Positions 26,923 through 37,391 of a DNA stretch of 64,000 nt are shown one piece after another (position 1 is the stretch's first letter; every line of letters begins with the position of its first letter). The stretch is from Candidatus Omnitrophota bacterium (lineage in GTDB: Bacteria; Omnitrophota; Gorgyraeia; JAFGHF01), in the NCBI GenBank assembly GCA_016939375.1, contig JAFGHF010000024.1, positions 9,828 through 73,827 of the forward strand. The letters are read 5' to 3'. Position numbers and translations under genes: made by a program. The notes beneath the pieces are model-generated. The model was not told the DNA's origin, made no database searches, and saw nothing but the letters and a program-made list of their open reading frames with translations.

Positions 26923-28615
26923 AAACAAAATACCTTACGTGATTCTCATTGCGGCCACTTTAATATTCATTTTTGGAGTGAGCATGTTTTTGAAGTTGCA
27001 TGGCACGCCCCAGCGTTTTCCGGCAGAACCATGGTCTGTGTTTTGCGCGATACGTTTTCATTATCTTCCTTTGTTTAACTTTGGCACTGATGCCTGGGAT
27101 AATTTCTTTAAATCCTGGTTTGCTACCTCGCACGGTATCAACGATTTTATATATTTTTATTTGGTCACCGGCATCTACGATTTCTTTAAGATCCCTTTAA
27201 GCGAAGCCAATTTCTATTACGCCCTATATTTTTTGGGGACGCTTTACCTGCTGTTGATGATCTCTTTGGGAAAGTCAGTATTTAATTTAGAGACAGGATG
27301 CCTGGCGGCCATCGTCCTCTCAGTTTCTTATCACGGGCTCTACTCGACACACTGCTTAAATCATAGAATGACAACTCTATTTTTGCAATTGCTTTTGTTT
27401 ATGAGCGCATTTTTCTATCTTAAAGATAAGAAGTCTCTGCTCAGGAGGATATTCTTCAGCGTCATGCTTTGCGTCAGCGCTTCCATGGAGCTTTTTTTAT
27501 TTTTGCCTTTGGTGTTGTTCTTGGAAATCATGTGGCATTTTCATTATGAAAGCAATGCCAACTGGAAGACTGCAATAAAGGATCTGCTGCGGTTGCGGCA
27601 TCTGGTCCTCTGGATACCTGCTTTTCTCTCATTTTTTACTATTTGTTATATATGGATGCGTTTTCGAGCCAGCAATCTAGGTATGTTTGCCTACAGTTCC
27701 CGTGCCTTTCCTTTTAGCCTGGCCAATTTTAGCGGGTTTTTAAACTTGACCAAGTTCATTAAAAAAGCGGATGCCAATATTTTCATAACCGCCACACTTT
27801 TATTTATAGCTATGTTTTTAGTCCTTTTACTTTTCAGGAGAATCAGGTGGCATAATCCGATCTTCTTTTTTATCTTGGCCTTTCTTTTGGTGACTTTTAC
27901 CAATATTTCCACAAACCGTTGGAAATTCTATAGTGCTAATGTATCTATGGGTATGATCACGGCCTATGGCTTTACTACACTTTTCCACTTTTTCAGGAAA
28001 AAGATAAAATTTGTCGCTTTGATAGGGTGTTTGGCCGTGGTTTACATAGCTGGCGTTGTGGTATTAAAAGGGGCGAAGGAATATTTTGAGTTTGAGCAGC
28101 TTAGATACAAGACTGTCAAAGCTTATTTTAGCCTCCCGTCTTTGAAAGCAGTAGGTTATTATATCCGTGAATACGGGGAACCCGAAAGCACTGTTTTTAA
28201 CCTCTTTTATAATAATGTCTATTTTGATCATTCAGAATATTATTATGGTAAATATGTTGTCTACGATAATATATATCCAAAGAAGAATTTCTCTCTTGTC
28301 TTTTACAGTCCTGCAGAAGCCAAGAAAAAGCGCTCTTTAAAGAAGGATTTTGATTTCTATGTAACGCTGAAAGGCTACGATAAATATAAAAAGGTAGTAG
28401 GTGAAAGATTTTTATCAGATTACAGAAAGGTCGCCGATGTCTATGACCAAGAGGAGTGGCTGGCCTCTATTTATTCTGCCAACCCTTCCTATCCGTACCT
28501 TAGAATGGAAATATCAGAGTATAATCGGCTTTGGGATGAAAAATACGCCAACTTAGAACATATCTTCGAGCATGGCAGGTTTGGAATAGGTTCTTTGATA
28601 GGGCACAAAGAATAG
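26915..28615 (+). CDS. Polytopic membrane protein with a C-terminal soluble domain; possibly a GT-C-type glycosyltransferase or polymerase
   Basis: About 10 predicted TM helices in the N-terminal 400 aa, then a hydrophilic roughly 170-aa tail. No confident family signature. Confidence 0.3.
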
Positions 28616-28644
28616 CATTAAGCGATCCAAGGAAAGGAAATAAG

Positions 28645-29259
28645 ATGGCAGGGGAACAATATTTTGCTCATCACACCGCGGTCATAGAAAAAGGCGCGCG
28701 TATAGGCAAAGGCACAAAGATATGGCATTATAGCCACATTATGTCCGGGGCTAAGATCGGCCCAAACTGCAAGCTGGGGCAAAATGTCTATATTGGCCAA
28801 AATGTAAAGATCGGGATCAACGTGAAGATCCAGAATAATGTTTCTGTATATCCGGGAGTTACCCTGGAAAACAATGTCTTCTGCGGGCCTTCCATGGTCT
28901 TTACCAATATAATAAATCCCCGTTCAGAGATCGTGCGTAACGATAAGCGTTTCTATCTCAAGACCTTGGTAAAAGAGGGGGCCAGTATCGGTGCAAACGC
29001 GACTATAGTCTGCGGCAATACTATCGGCCGCAGCGCTTTCATCGGCGCCGGTTCAGTGGTCACTAAAGATGTACCCGATTACGCCTTAGTGTATGGTAAC
29101 CCTGCGCGCATCCAAGGATGGATGTGCCCTTGCGGGGAAAAACTGGATTTCAAGACAAAAAATAGTAAACAGATGGCCAAGTGCCCAGTATGCAGAAGAA
29201 GTTTCGAAAAGAAAAAAAACAATGCAATTAAACCTGTTAAAGGCGCGAAAAGACAATGA
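28645..29259 (+). CDS. Hexapeptide-repeat N-acetyltransferase (WbpD/WlbB-like) with a C-terminal zinc ribbon
   Basis: Left-handed beta-helix repeats ([38 protein letters not shown]...) and C-terminal CPCGEK...CPVCRR. Confidence 0.7.
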   Translation: MAGEQYFAHHTAVIEKGARIGKGTKIWHYSHIMSGAKIGPNCKLGQNVYIGQNVKIGINVKIQNNVSVYPGVTLENNVFCGPSMVFTNIINPRSEIVRNDKRFYLKTLVKEGASIGANATIVCGNTIGRSAFIGAGSVVTKDVPDYALVYGNPARIQGWMCPCGEKLDFKTKNSKQMAKCPVCRRSFEKKKNNAIKPVKGAKRQ

Positions 29260-30476
29260 AACCATTAAATATTGTTTTGATTACTGTAGATTGTCTAAGG
29301 GCAGATGTGCTTACTAGATTGCAAAAGCACGGCCTCGCAGATGGAGCTCATATTGCTAAATTGGCGGAGAAGGGGACGCGTTTTACTAATGCCGTTACCG
29401 TTGCTCAGTCTACCGCCCCTAGCCTGGTTTCTATATTGACTTCCAGCTACCCCAAGACTCATAAGGTCCTGATGAACGGGCTTTCTTTAGACAAGGCAAC
29501 AGGCCCCACGCTGCCAGAAGTCCTTAGGAGCCATGGCTATAAAACATCAGGGGTGATCAGCGCTGAGCACTTAAGCTCGCCTTTTGGAATCAACAGAGGC
29601 TTTACCAGCTATGCCAATAACTCACCATTCGATATGGTTTACTACTTTTTGACAAAGTTCAGTATTGCCGGAAAGCAACTATCCTATATTTTGAATGTGA
29701 TCAGAGAGAGGTTTAATATCTTCAAAACGGCCTGGACGGATGCCGATAAAATAACAAAAAGGGCAAAGAGGTTGTTGAAAAAACACCATCATTCGCCTTT
29801 TTTCCTTTGGGTCCACTATTTTGATACCCATCAATATGCTTCAGAACAAGAATATGACCAAAAAATAAAATACGTAGATATGCACGTAGGATATTTATTA
29901 GATTACCTGAAAAAACTGGACAAACTCCAAGAGACATTAGTCGTCTTTACCGCAGACCACGGGGAGGCCTTTAATGAGCATGGCCACCCCAAACACGGTT
30001 GGTGCCTTTATGACGAAGTCCTCAAAGTGCCGCTTATTTTATACTCTCAGTCAAGGTTGTCCGCAGGCGAGGTAGCTAATCAAGTGCGCTCTATCGATAT
30101 AGCCCCTACTATCTTGGATATGGCGGGGCTGCCTATTCCTTTAAAATGGGAGGGAAAGAGCCTCCTCGGCCATATTAATGGTAAAACTAAAGATGACTTG
30201 GTGGTAAAAGTCATCAGCACTTCCGGTCGTGTCAATATCCAGTGCATCCGTGACGGCAGATGGAAATTATTGCGTTACCCCCAAGAGGAACAACTTTTTA
30301 ATATTCTCGAAGATAAGGATGAGCGGAAGAACGTCATCGCTGAAAACGCGCAAGTGGCCAATAGGCTCAGAAAAGACCTTATGGATACTTTCGATTTTGA
30401 AGCCTCTGAAGAACTAGTCGATGAATCTGTTAAGAGGCGCTTAAGGAGCTTAGGGTATTTCGATGAATCTTTATAA
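29256..30476 (+). CDS. Cytoplasmic sulfatase-like (PF00884-like) hydrolase/transferase lacking the C/S-x-P-x-R formylglycine motif
   Basis: [32 protein letters not shown] (Thr/Ser where sulfatases have C-x-P-x-R), [18 protein letters not shown]. No signal peptide or TM. Ends [13 protein letters not shown]. Confidence 0.6.
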   Translation: MKPLNIVLITVDCLRADVLTRLQKHGLADGAHIAKLAEKGTRFTNAVTVAQSTAPSLVSILTSSYPKTHKVLMNGLSLDKATGPTLPEVLRSHGYKTSGVISAEHLSSPFGINRGFTSYANNSPFDMVYYFLTKFSIAGKQLSYILNVIRERFNIFKTAWTDADKITKRAKRLLKKHHHSPFFLWVHYFDTHQYASEQEYDQKIKYVDMHVGYLLDYLKKLDKLQETLVVFTADHGEAFNEHGHPKHGWCLYDEVLKVPLILYSQSRLSAGEVANQVRSIDIAPTILDMAGLPIPLKWEGKSLLGHINGKTKDDLVVKVISTSGRVNIQCIRDGRWKLLRYPQEEQLFNILEDKDERKNVIAENAQVANRLRKDLMDTFDFEASEELVDESVKRRLRSLGYFDESL

Positions 30477-31956
30477 GGCAGGTCTGAAAAATACTTTATA
30501 TAATTACCTGGGGTTGATTTTCAGCGTAGTCTTTTCTTTTTTGGTCGTAGTTATACTTTCCAGGAACCTCTCAGTGGAAGAATTCGGTATTTATAATATC
30601 TTGCTTAGCTTCTTGGCATATATTTCCGTGGTTTCAAGCCTGGGGATGCCGCATGTGCTGCGCAGATATATACCCCAGTTCTATGAACAAGGCTCTTATT
30701 CCGCCGTCAAAAGATCTTTATCTTATGTTTTGGCCTTGCGCTTTATTACAAGTTTTATCTGCGCCGTTTTATGTCTGGTATTTATAGAGCCACTATCCCA
30801 ATTGCTTAAGGTCTCCCAACTGTCACAGTTCTTTTTCTTATTTAGCTTTGCTATGTTGGTGGTCGTCCAGGTCCAATCATTAGAAGTAGCCTTGGAGGCG
30901 ATGTTGCTACATAAGTCTACAAATATTATCAAGGCAGCTTATGCGATGTTACAATTTTTGCTGTATTTTTATGCGATCAGATCAGGCTATGGATTAAAAG
31001 GGATCATCCTTGTTTATTTAGTCGTAAACATATTGCTTTTTATCGCATATCTATTTGTTTGCAAAAGCAAGATCTTTACTTTACCTCAAGACAAAGTCCC
31101 GGATGGAGTGCCCTACAAAAGAATCAGAAGTTATGCTTTGTTCAACTGGTTTACCAATGCGACATATATCATATTTGATTTCAAGACTGATTTCTTCATT
31201 ATCAGCTTCTTCTTAGGGAGCAGTTTTGTGGGATTATATAGTTTTGCCACAAGCACGATCACACAGATCTACAGGCTGTTGCCGATAACTATAGCGGCCA
31301 CGGTACTATTTCCCATTATGGTCAGAAAATACAGCCGGTCCAAAGATAAAGAAGAGTTGCAGTATTTGTTCAGGCTTTACAACAAAATGGTCTTTTTCTT
31401 TGGGTTTCCCTTGGCGATAGGCGTATTGGTGTTAGGCGATAAGATCATCAGCTATGTGTTTGACCCTAAATATCTTGGAGTAGTAAACCTTTTTAGATTT
31501 ATAGCCTTTGCCCAGGTGATAAATATGTTTTCTACGGCGTTGGCTTATTTCGTCAAGATTTTGGAAAAGGTCCACTATGCCCTCTGGGCCAGGGTCTTTG
31601 TAATCTACAATATCGCGATGGAGATCATCCTGCTTAAATTCTTTGGTCTGATGGGCGTAGCGTTTGCTACGGGCACGGCCTGGCTTTTTAACTCCATATT
31701 CGTATTTTTTCTTTTGAGAAGAGATATAGTTTTAATATATCCCGGAAAGTCATTTATGCAGATAGCCGTTAATTCCATATTGATGGGGATAGTGCTTTTT
31801 TTGTGCAGAGGCTTAGCGTATAACATCTGGGGCCTGGCCTTACTGGCAATAGCAGGAGTAGTCTTCTATCTGACGGCAAACTGTTTTAACAGGGCATTTG
31901 AAGCCAGAGATTTGCAGGTCTTCAACAAAATGGCGGGAGCGCAGATCTTTAAATGA
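30463..31956 (+). CDS. wzx: Polysaccharide/O-antigen flippase (Wzx, MOP superfamily)
   Basis: 497 aa with about 12 predicted TM helices and little soluble mass; an N-terminal positively charged loop typical of Wzx. Confidence 0.65.
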   Translation: MNLYKAGLKNTLYNYLGLIFSVVFSFLVVVILSRNLSVEEFGIYNILLSFLAYISVVSSLGMPHVLRRYIPQFYEQGSYSAVKRSLSYVLALRFITSFICAVLCLVFIEPLSQLLKVSQLSQFFFLFSFAMLVVVQVQSLEVALEAMLLHKSTNIIKAAYAMLQFLLYFYAIRSGYGLKGIILVYLVVNILLFIAYLFVCKSKIFTLPQDKVPDGVPYKRIRSYALFNWFTNATYIIFDFKTDFFIISFFLGSSFVGLYSFATSTITQIYRLLPITIAATVLFPIMVRKYSRSKDKEELQYLFRLYNKMVFFFGFPLAIGVLVLGDKIISYVFDPKYLGVVNLFRFIAFAQVINMFSTALAYFVKILEKVHYALWARVFVIYNIAMEIILLKFFGLMGVAFATGTAWLFNSIFVFFLLRRDIVLIYPGKSFMQIAVNSILMGIVLFLCRGLAYNIWGLALLAIAGVVFYLTANCFNRAFEARDLQVFNKMAGAQIFK

Positions 31957-33089
31957 AAAAAAGGCTGCTTTTTTTACATTCCAATCTCGATATAGGCGGA
32001 GCCGCAATGATGCGCTTGACGGCCTTACGCAAGATTGATAGGAGTAAATATGATATCAAAATCTGCTGTCTTGTACGCAAGGGTAGGTTAGGCGAGGAAG
32101 CTGAAAAAATGGGTTATGTTGTGGATATCTTGCAAGTTTCAGATGCCCTGTATAATATCTTCACTACTTTTAAGCTTTTTAGATATATAAAGAGAAACCG
32201 CTTTGCTATTGTACAGAGCAGCCTTTTTCATGCTAATTTTCATGCCCGTATCGCGGCAAGATTAGCCGCTGTGCCGATCATAATCACCGAAGAGCACGGA
32301 GAGCACTATATCTTTAAACGGCTTAAGTTCGTTCCTTTTGTGTTAGTGGATAGGACATTATCCCTAATAACTGACAGGATTATTTGTTGTGTAGGACAGA
32401 TGAAAGAGAGCCTGGTCCGGATCGAACATATCCGTGCGGAAAAAGTAGAAGTGATTACAAACGCCGTAGACGAAGATAACTTCTCAAATATAAGGCCAAA
32501 GAGTGAGGTTAGGGCTGAGTTGGGTGTAGGCGATGACTTTCGGCTGATAGGGACGATAGGGACTTTACGCATAGACAAGGCCCAGCATGTCCTTTTACGC
32601 GCCTTTAGTGAGATAATCAAGACTTTCCCGGACCTAAACTTACTTGTTGTAGGAGACGGTCCGTTAAGAGAGAATTTACAGAATACCGCCCGAGATTTAG
32701 GCATAGCCAAGCGAGTGATCTTCACTGGCCATAGGTTGGATGTAGCGGATTTATTGAATGTAATGGATATTTTTGTGCTTTCTTCCAAGAAGGAAGGACT
32801 GCCTTTGCCCTTACTGGAGGCTATGTATATGGGAATACCCTGTGTAGTGCCGCGAATAGGAGGCATCCCGGATGTGGTAGAAAACGGCCAGACAGGTTAT
32901 CTTTTTGAGTTTCCTGACCACCAAGAGCTATCCAATAGAGTTTTGCAATTGCTCCAGGACCGGCAGCTTGCCCTAAAGATGGGACAAGCGGGCAGAGAAA
33001 AGGCGCAAAAGGACCTTACCTCAGGTAGATATGCGGGCCAACTTATGCAGTTGTATGAGAGACTATTGATTAAAAAGGGGTTAAATTGA
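31953..33089 (+). CDS. Glycosyltransferase family 4 (GT-B)
   Basis: C-terminal GT4 block (LVVGDGPLRENL...FVLSSKKEGLPLPLLEAMYMGIPCVVPRIGGIPDVV). Confidence 0.8.
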   Translation: MKKRLLFLHSNLDIGGAAMMRLTALRKIDRSKYDIKICCLVRKGRLGEEAEKMGYVVDILQVSDALYNIFTTFKLFRYIKRNRFAIVQSSLFHANFHARIAARLAAVPIIITEEHGEHYIFKRLKFVPFVLVDRTLSLITDRIICCVGQMKESLVRIEHIRAEKVEVITNAVDEDNFSNIRPKSEVRAELGVGDDFRLIGTIGTLRIDKAQHVLLRAFSEIIKTFPDLNLLVVGDGPLRENLQNTARDLGIAKRVIFTGHRLDVADLLNVMDIFVLSSKKEGLPLPLLEAMYMGIPCVVPRIGGIPDVVENGQTGYLFEFPDHQELSNRVLQLLQDRQLALKMGQAGREKAQKDLTSGRYAGQLMQLYERLLIKKGLN

Positions 33090-33619
33090 GCAAGATAAGC
33101 GGATTTTCTTTGTTAAAAAGGGACTTGCAGAGATATTATGAGTCGGCCAGATGCAAAAACATATTGCAGTTTTTGGGTATCTTCTTACAGGCCCCGGCGA
33201 TATGGGCGATCATAGCATATAGGATCGGTGCCACGATCCGTATAGATATTATCAAAACTATATATATATTCCTGGTCTGGAATCCGATAAAGATCATTAC
33301 CGGTATCGAGATCTATCCCCAGACAAAGATAGGCGAGAGATTTTATATCAGGCATTTTGGCGGCATTTTTATCAATCCCCGAGCAATCATAGGAAAAAAT
33401 TGTACTATTTTCAACGGGGTGACTATCGGCACAAAAATCGGCAGGAAAGAGGCCCCGGTGATCGGAGATAACGTCATAATCGCGACCGGAGCAAAGGTCA
33501 TCGGTAAAATAAATATAGGCAGTAACGTCACCATTGGTGCTGGTTCGGTAGTCACTAAGGATATTGAGCCCGGAGTTACTGTTGCCGGTAATCCGGCAAC
33601 AGTAATTAAAAAGTCATAA
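33086..33619 (+). CDS. Serine-acetyltransferase-like hexapeptide O-acetyltransferase (CysE/WcaB family)
   Basis: N-terminal helical region followed by hexapeptide repeats (IEIYPQTKIGERFYIRHFGGIFINPRAIIGKNCTIFNGVTIG). Confidence 0.65.
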   Translation: MSKISGFSLLKRDLQRYYESARCKNILQFLGIFLQAPAIWAIIAYRIGATIRIDIIKTIYIFLVWNPIKIITGIEIYPQTKIGERFYIRHFGGIFINPRAIIGKNCTIFNGVTIGTKIGRKEAPVIGDNVIIATGAKVIGKINIGSNVTIGAGSVVTKDIEPGVTVAGNPATVIKKS

Positions 33620-33626
33620 GGTATCG

Positions 33627-34547
33627 ATGAATAATATTGCCAGTTCTATCTTTAGAAGATTTCCTAAGGCATACGACGCCTATGTATACTTTTTGAGCAA
33701 GATGTTCAAATTTAGCCCCCATGCCAGAAGGGGTTATGGGATCAAGGTCATGGATGAGAGCTGGGACTATTTGATCGTTTTGGACGCCTGTCGCTTTGAC
33801 TCTTTCAAGGCGTGTAATAAGATTAAGGGTAAGCTTAAGAAGAAAATAAGTAGAGCCGACCATACGATGCTTTGGCTAAAGAAGAACTTCAGCATACACT
33901 ACGCTGATACGATCTACGTCTCTGCAAACCCTTTTGTCTCCGACATCGAATTTAAAGGTTTCCAGGCGTCTAAATATTTTTTCAAAGTCTATCCGGTCTG
34001 GGATTGCGCCTGGGATAAAGAGACCGCGACCGTACACCCTCGAGAAGTCGTTGCTACCGCTTTAAAAGCACGGGACGAATTTCCCGATAAAAGGATGATA
34101 ATACATTTTATTCAGCCACACGCGCCATTTATCGGCAAGACAAAGATCTCGAGTAAAGAGCTAGGCATAGATGAGAACGTACCCAAAGACGAAACTATTC
34201 AAAAAATCTGGCAGCAGGTACGTGCCGGAAAAATAGAGATAGATAAATTAAAAAGGGCCTATATTGACAATCTAAATCTAGTCTTGGCTGAGGTCGAGTC
34301 ATTGATAGAGCACCTTGACGGAAAAATAGTGATCACTGCCGATCACGGTGAGTGTTTCGGAGAGTGGGGAATTTTCGGCCACCCCGGAGGCACATACGTG
34401 AAACCGTTGATAGAGATACCGTGGCTGGTGATACAAAAGGATAGAAAACAAACAAAAATTCGGGCGCAGGCTAAAGAGACAGAATTCTCTCAGGTAAGCG
34501 AGTCCGAGGTTTGCGAAAAATTAAAGGCATTGGGGTATTTAGAATAA
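33627..34547 (+). CDS. Small cytoplasmic alkaline-phosphatase/sulfatase-superfamily-like protein
   Basis: WDYLIVLDACRFDSF (metal-site start), ITADHGECFGEWGIFGHPGG (DHG block), ending EKLKALGYLE. Confidence 0.45.
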   Translation: MNNIASSIFRRFPKAYDAYVYFLSKMFKFSPHARRGYGIKVMDESWDYLIVLDACRFDSFKACNKIKGKLKKKISRADHTMLWLKKNFSIHYADTIYVSANPFVSDIEFKGFQASKYFFKVYPVWDCAWDKETATVHPREVVATALKARDEFPDKRMIIHFIQPHAPFIGKTKISSKELGIDENVPKDETIQKIWQQVRAGKIEIDKLKRAYIDNLNLVLAEVESLIEHLDGKIVITADHGECFGEWGIFGHPGGTYVKPLIEIPWLVIQKDRKQTKIRAQAKETEFSQVSESEVCEKLKALGYLE

Positions 34548-34548
34548 G

Positions 34549-35688
34549 ATGAAAAAGTTACCTGAAAAGTCATTAAAAGTGGCTATGGTCGTGGGGGCAA
34601 GGCCACAGTTTGTCAAGGCGTCGATGTTGGTGCGCGCGCTAGATAAACATCGCAAGATCGATACAATAATAATTCACACCGGACAGCACTACGACAAAAA
34701 TATGTCGCATATCTTTTTTAAGGAACTAAAGATAAAACCGGCGAAATATAATCTAGGCATAGGCTCTGCCGCACACGGCCTGCAGACAGGCTTGATGCTA
34801 GCCGGCATCGAGAAAGTCCTGCAAAAGGAGAAACCGGATTGCGTGGTGGTGTTTGGAGATACCAACTCGACTTTGGCTGGTGCTTTGGCTGCCTCTAAGA
34901 CAAGAATAGAAGGTAAGTCTTCGAATGGGGCCTTGCGCTATCCTTGCATCGTGCATGTGGAGGCAGGAGTAAGAAGCTATAGAAAACATATGCCTGAGGA
35001 GATAAACCGCACGCTTACTGACCGTATCTGCGATATACATTTTTGTCCATCGGCTTCGGCGGTAGAAAACTTAAAAAAAGAAGGCATCAAAGAAGGCTTG
35101 TATAATGTCGGCGATATCATGTACGATTCACTTATCCATTTTAAGAAAAATATTGAAAACAGAATAAGCAGATTATCAAAATGGGGACTTGCCAGCGGCC
35201 AGTATTATCTTGCTACCGTGCATAGGCAATGCAATACGGATGTAAAAGAGAATCTCAAAAAGATAATAGACATCCTAGAGAGCGTTGATAAACCGGTTTT
35301 ATTCCCCGCTCATCCACGGACAAAAAAGGCGATTAAGGCCCTAGGCGTTAAATTTTCCAATATCCGCCTGATCAGGCCGCTTGCCTATTTCGATATGCTT
35401 TTAGTTGAGAAAAACGCAAAATTGATCATCACAGATTCCGGAGGAGTGCAAAAAGAGGCTTTCTACTTGCAGGTACCCTGCATAGTCCTGCGAGAAGAAA
35501 GCGAATGGAGGGAACTTTTGGATACCGGTTGCAATGTGCTTACCGGGTTGAATAAAAGACGTGTATTTGAAGCCATCGCCCGGGTTTCGAAGATAAGCCG
35601 TTTTCCTTCTAAGAAGTTTTACGGCAGCGGCAGCTCAAGCTTCAAGATGGCTGAAATAATCAAAAAAAAGGCAAAGGTCGGTAAATGA
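34549..35688 (+). CDS. UDP-N-acetylglucosamine 2-epimerase family (WecB/WbpI-like)
   Basis: N-terminal KVAMVVGARPQFVKASMLV, HVEAGVRSY, and GDIMYDS-type motifs; 379 aa. Confidence 0.8.
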   Translation: MKKLPEKSLKVAMVVGARPQFVKASMLVRALDKHRKIDTIIIHTGQHYDKNMSHIFFKELKIKPAKYNLGIGSAAHGLQTGLMLAGIEKVLQKEKPDCVVVFGDTNSTLAGALAASKTRIEGKSSNGALRYPCIVHVEAGVRSYRKHMPEEINRTLTDRICDIHFCPSASAVENLKKEGIKEGLYNVGDIMYDSLIHFKKNIENRISRLSKWGLASGQYYLATVHRQCNTDVKENLKKIIDILESVDKPVLFPAHPRTKKAIKALGVKFSNIRLIRPLAYFDMLLVEKNAKLIITDSGGVQKEAFYLQVPCIVLREESEWRELLDTGCNVLTGLNKRRVFEAIARVSKISRFPSKKFYGSGSSSFKMAEIIKKKAKVGK

Positions 35689-36677
35689 AAAAAGTGTTGA
35701 TTACAGGCGTGGCCGGGATGATCGGTTCGCATCTGGCGGACGCCCTTTTGGCCAAAGGCTATCGAGTATTGGGTATTGACAACCTCTCGGTGGGCAAGAA
35801 AGCGAACATAGCGCATAATTTAGGTAATCCCAAATTTGTTTTTAGAAAAGGAGATATCCTAAATTACGCGGTATTAAAACGGATTTGCGCCGGACAGCGC
35901 TTTGATTCAATCGTCCATTTGACCGCAAGCAAAAAAATCGGCGAGGGTGGAGACAGCATAGAACTACTCAACAACAATGTCAAAGGCACGGAAAATGTAT
36001 TGAAATTGGCAGAGCTAAAAACTTGTAAAGTAGTGCTGGGTTCGACTTCAGACGTATATGGGATGTCTGCGGATATCCCTTTTAGAGAGAAGGGAAACCT
36101 CCTTTTAGGGCCTACTACCGCAAAAAGATGGACTTATGCAGTATCTAAGATCTACTGCGAACAATTGGCATTAGGTTATTATAAGGAACGGGATGTGCCG
36201 ATAGTGATCTTGCGTTATTTTGGTGGGTTTAGCCCGCGGGCGAGTATTAGTTGGCGCGGTGGGCACATACCTGTTTTTATCGATGCGGTATTAAAGAATC
36301 GGGAGATCATTATTCATGGCGATGGCAAACAGACCCGTTCTATGGCCTACATCTCCGATATAGTCGAGGGTACTATCTTAGGCATGGAGAATGATAAGGC
36401 AGTAGGCAATATATTCAATATCGGCAATGACGAAGAGATGAGCGTGCTCGATACAGCCTATTTAATCCATAAACTTGCCGGCAAAAAAGGTAAGCCCAAA
36501 ATAAAATTTGTACCGCTTAAGAAGATTTTTGGTGATTATCGCGAGATTAAACGCCGCATACCCGACTTGAATAAATCATATAGGATATTAGGTTACCGGC
36601 CCAAGGTCAGTTTTGAAAAAGGCCTGGCCCTTACAATAAAATCAAGAAAGGAACAATTGGAGAAGTCATGGAAATAA
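35685..36677 (+). CDS. NAD-dependent epimerase/dehydratase (extended SDR)
   Basis: VLITGVAGMIGSHLADAL, YAVSK catalytic motif. Confidence 0.75.
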   Translation: MKKVLITGVAGMIGSHLADALLAKGYRVLGIDNLSVGKKANIAHNLGNPKFVFRKGDILNYAVLKRICAGQRFDSIVHLTASKKIGEGGDSIELLNNNVKGTENVLKLAELKTCKVVLGSTSDVYGMSADIPFREKGNLLLGPTTAKRWTYAVSKIYCEQLALGYYKERDVPIVILRYFGGFSPRASISWRGGHIPVFIDAVLKNREIIIHGDGKQTRSMAYISDIVEGTILGMENDKAVGNIFNIGNDEEMSVLDTAYLIHKLAGKKGKPKIKFVPLKKIFGDYREIKRRIPDLNKSYRILGYRPKVSFEKGLALTIKSRKEQLEKSWK

Positions 36678-37363
36678 AGATAGAAGAAAGGCTAAGCCGG
36701 TTGAGCCCGAATAGGTTTTTTGGCAAAGTGCTCCTTGATTGGGCCCAGGATATAATCTCTTTGCTTGAGGGTAAGAGGATCCTGGATATCGGCTGCGGAT
36801 ATGGCTTTTTGGTAAACACATTGCTGAAAAGGGGTTTTGATGCCTCCGGCATTGACATCAGCAAAGATGCCATTGAAAGGGGTAAAAATCTGTATCCCGG
36901 AGTCGATTTGCAGATAAACGACGCCTATAATCTGCCTTTTGCCGATAATTCTTTTGATTCAGTGGTCTTTCATGAGTCGATCCATCACCTGGAGTTTGAA
37001 CAGGCTATCAAGGAAGCGGATCGCTTGAGCAGAGGATGTATAATCATTTTCGACCCCAACCCCAACTTTGTGGTCAAGCTCTGTCGTAAGATCGTCCGGC
37101 ACAAAGACGAAGAAGCACCTTATGCCCAGGTCATGGACGTGTTAAGAAAATTCGGATACAAGATCACATTCTTTAAATTAAGGGATGTTCTGGCTATGCC
37201 TTTGTCTGGAGGTTTTGTAGGGCCGCAACTTCTTCCGGACTTCGACTTTTTAGACCGCGGTCTGATCAATCTTGATCATTTGATCTGCAATCTGCTGAAA
37301 TTATTAGGTTGTCAGAAGTTTTTCTGCTGGCGGTATATAATCAAGGCAGAAAAAATAAAATAA
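36668..37363 (+). CDS. Class I SAM-dependent methyltransferase
   Basis: Motif I ILDIGCGYGFL and the acidic motif II region; 231 aa. Confidence 0.7.
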   Translation: MEIKIEERLSRLSPNRFFGKVLLDWAQDIISLLEGKRILDIGCGYGFLVNTLLKRGFDASGIDISKDAIERGKNLYPGVDLQINDAYNLPFADNSFDSVVFHESIHHLEFEQAIKEADRLSRGCIIIFDPNPNFVVKLCRKIVRHKDEEAPYAQVMDVLRKFGYKITFFKLRDVLAMPLSGGFVGPQLLPDFDFLDRGLINLDHLICNLLKLLGCQKFFCWRYIIKAEKIK

Positions 37364-37391
37364 TAGGTTTTAACTCAAGGATGCTGTTTAG

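Noticed and set aside
29093..29317. 74-aa ORF bridging the acetyltransferase 3' end and the sulfatase-like 5' end
   Set aside because: Out of frame with both flanking conserved genes, whose own stop/start overlap (ATGA at 29256) already accounts for the junction.
29256..30476. Calling 29256..30476 a true (formylglycine-dependent) sulfatase
   Set aside because: The position equivalent to the C/S-x-P-x-R maturation motif reads S-T-A-P-S-L (no Arg; Ala/Pro shifted). The protein has no signal peptide and no anSME/FGE maturase is nearby, so a hydrolytic periplasmic sulfatase role is unlikely. I therefore treated it as a sulfatase-like transferase/hydrolase of unknown specificity.
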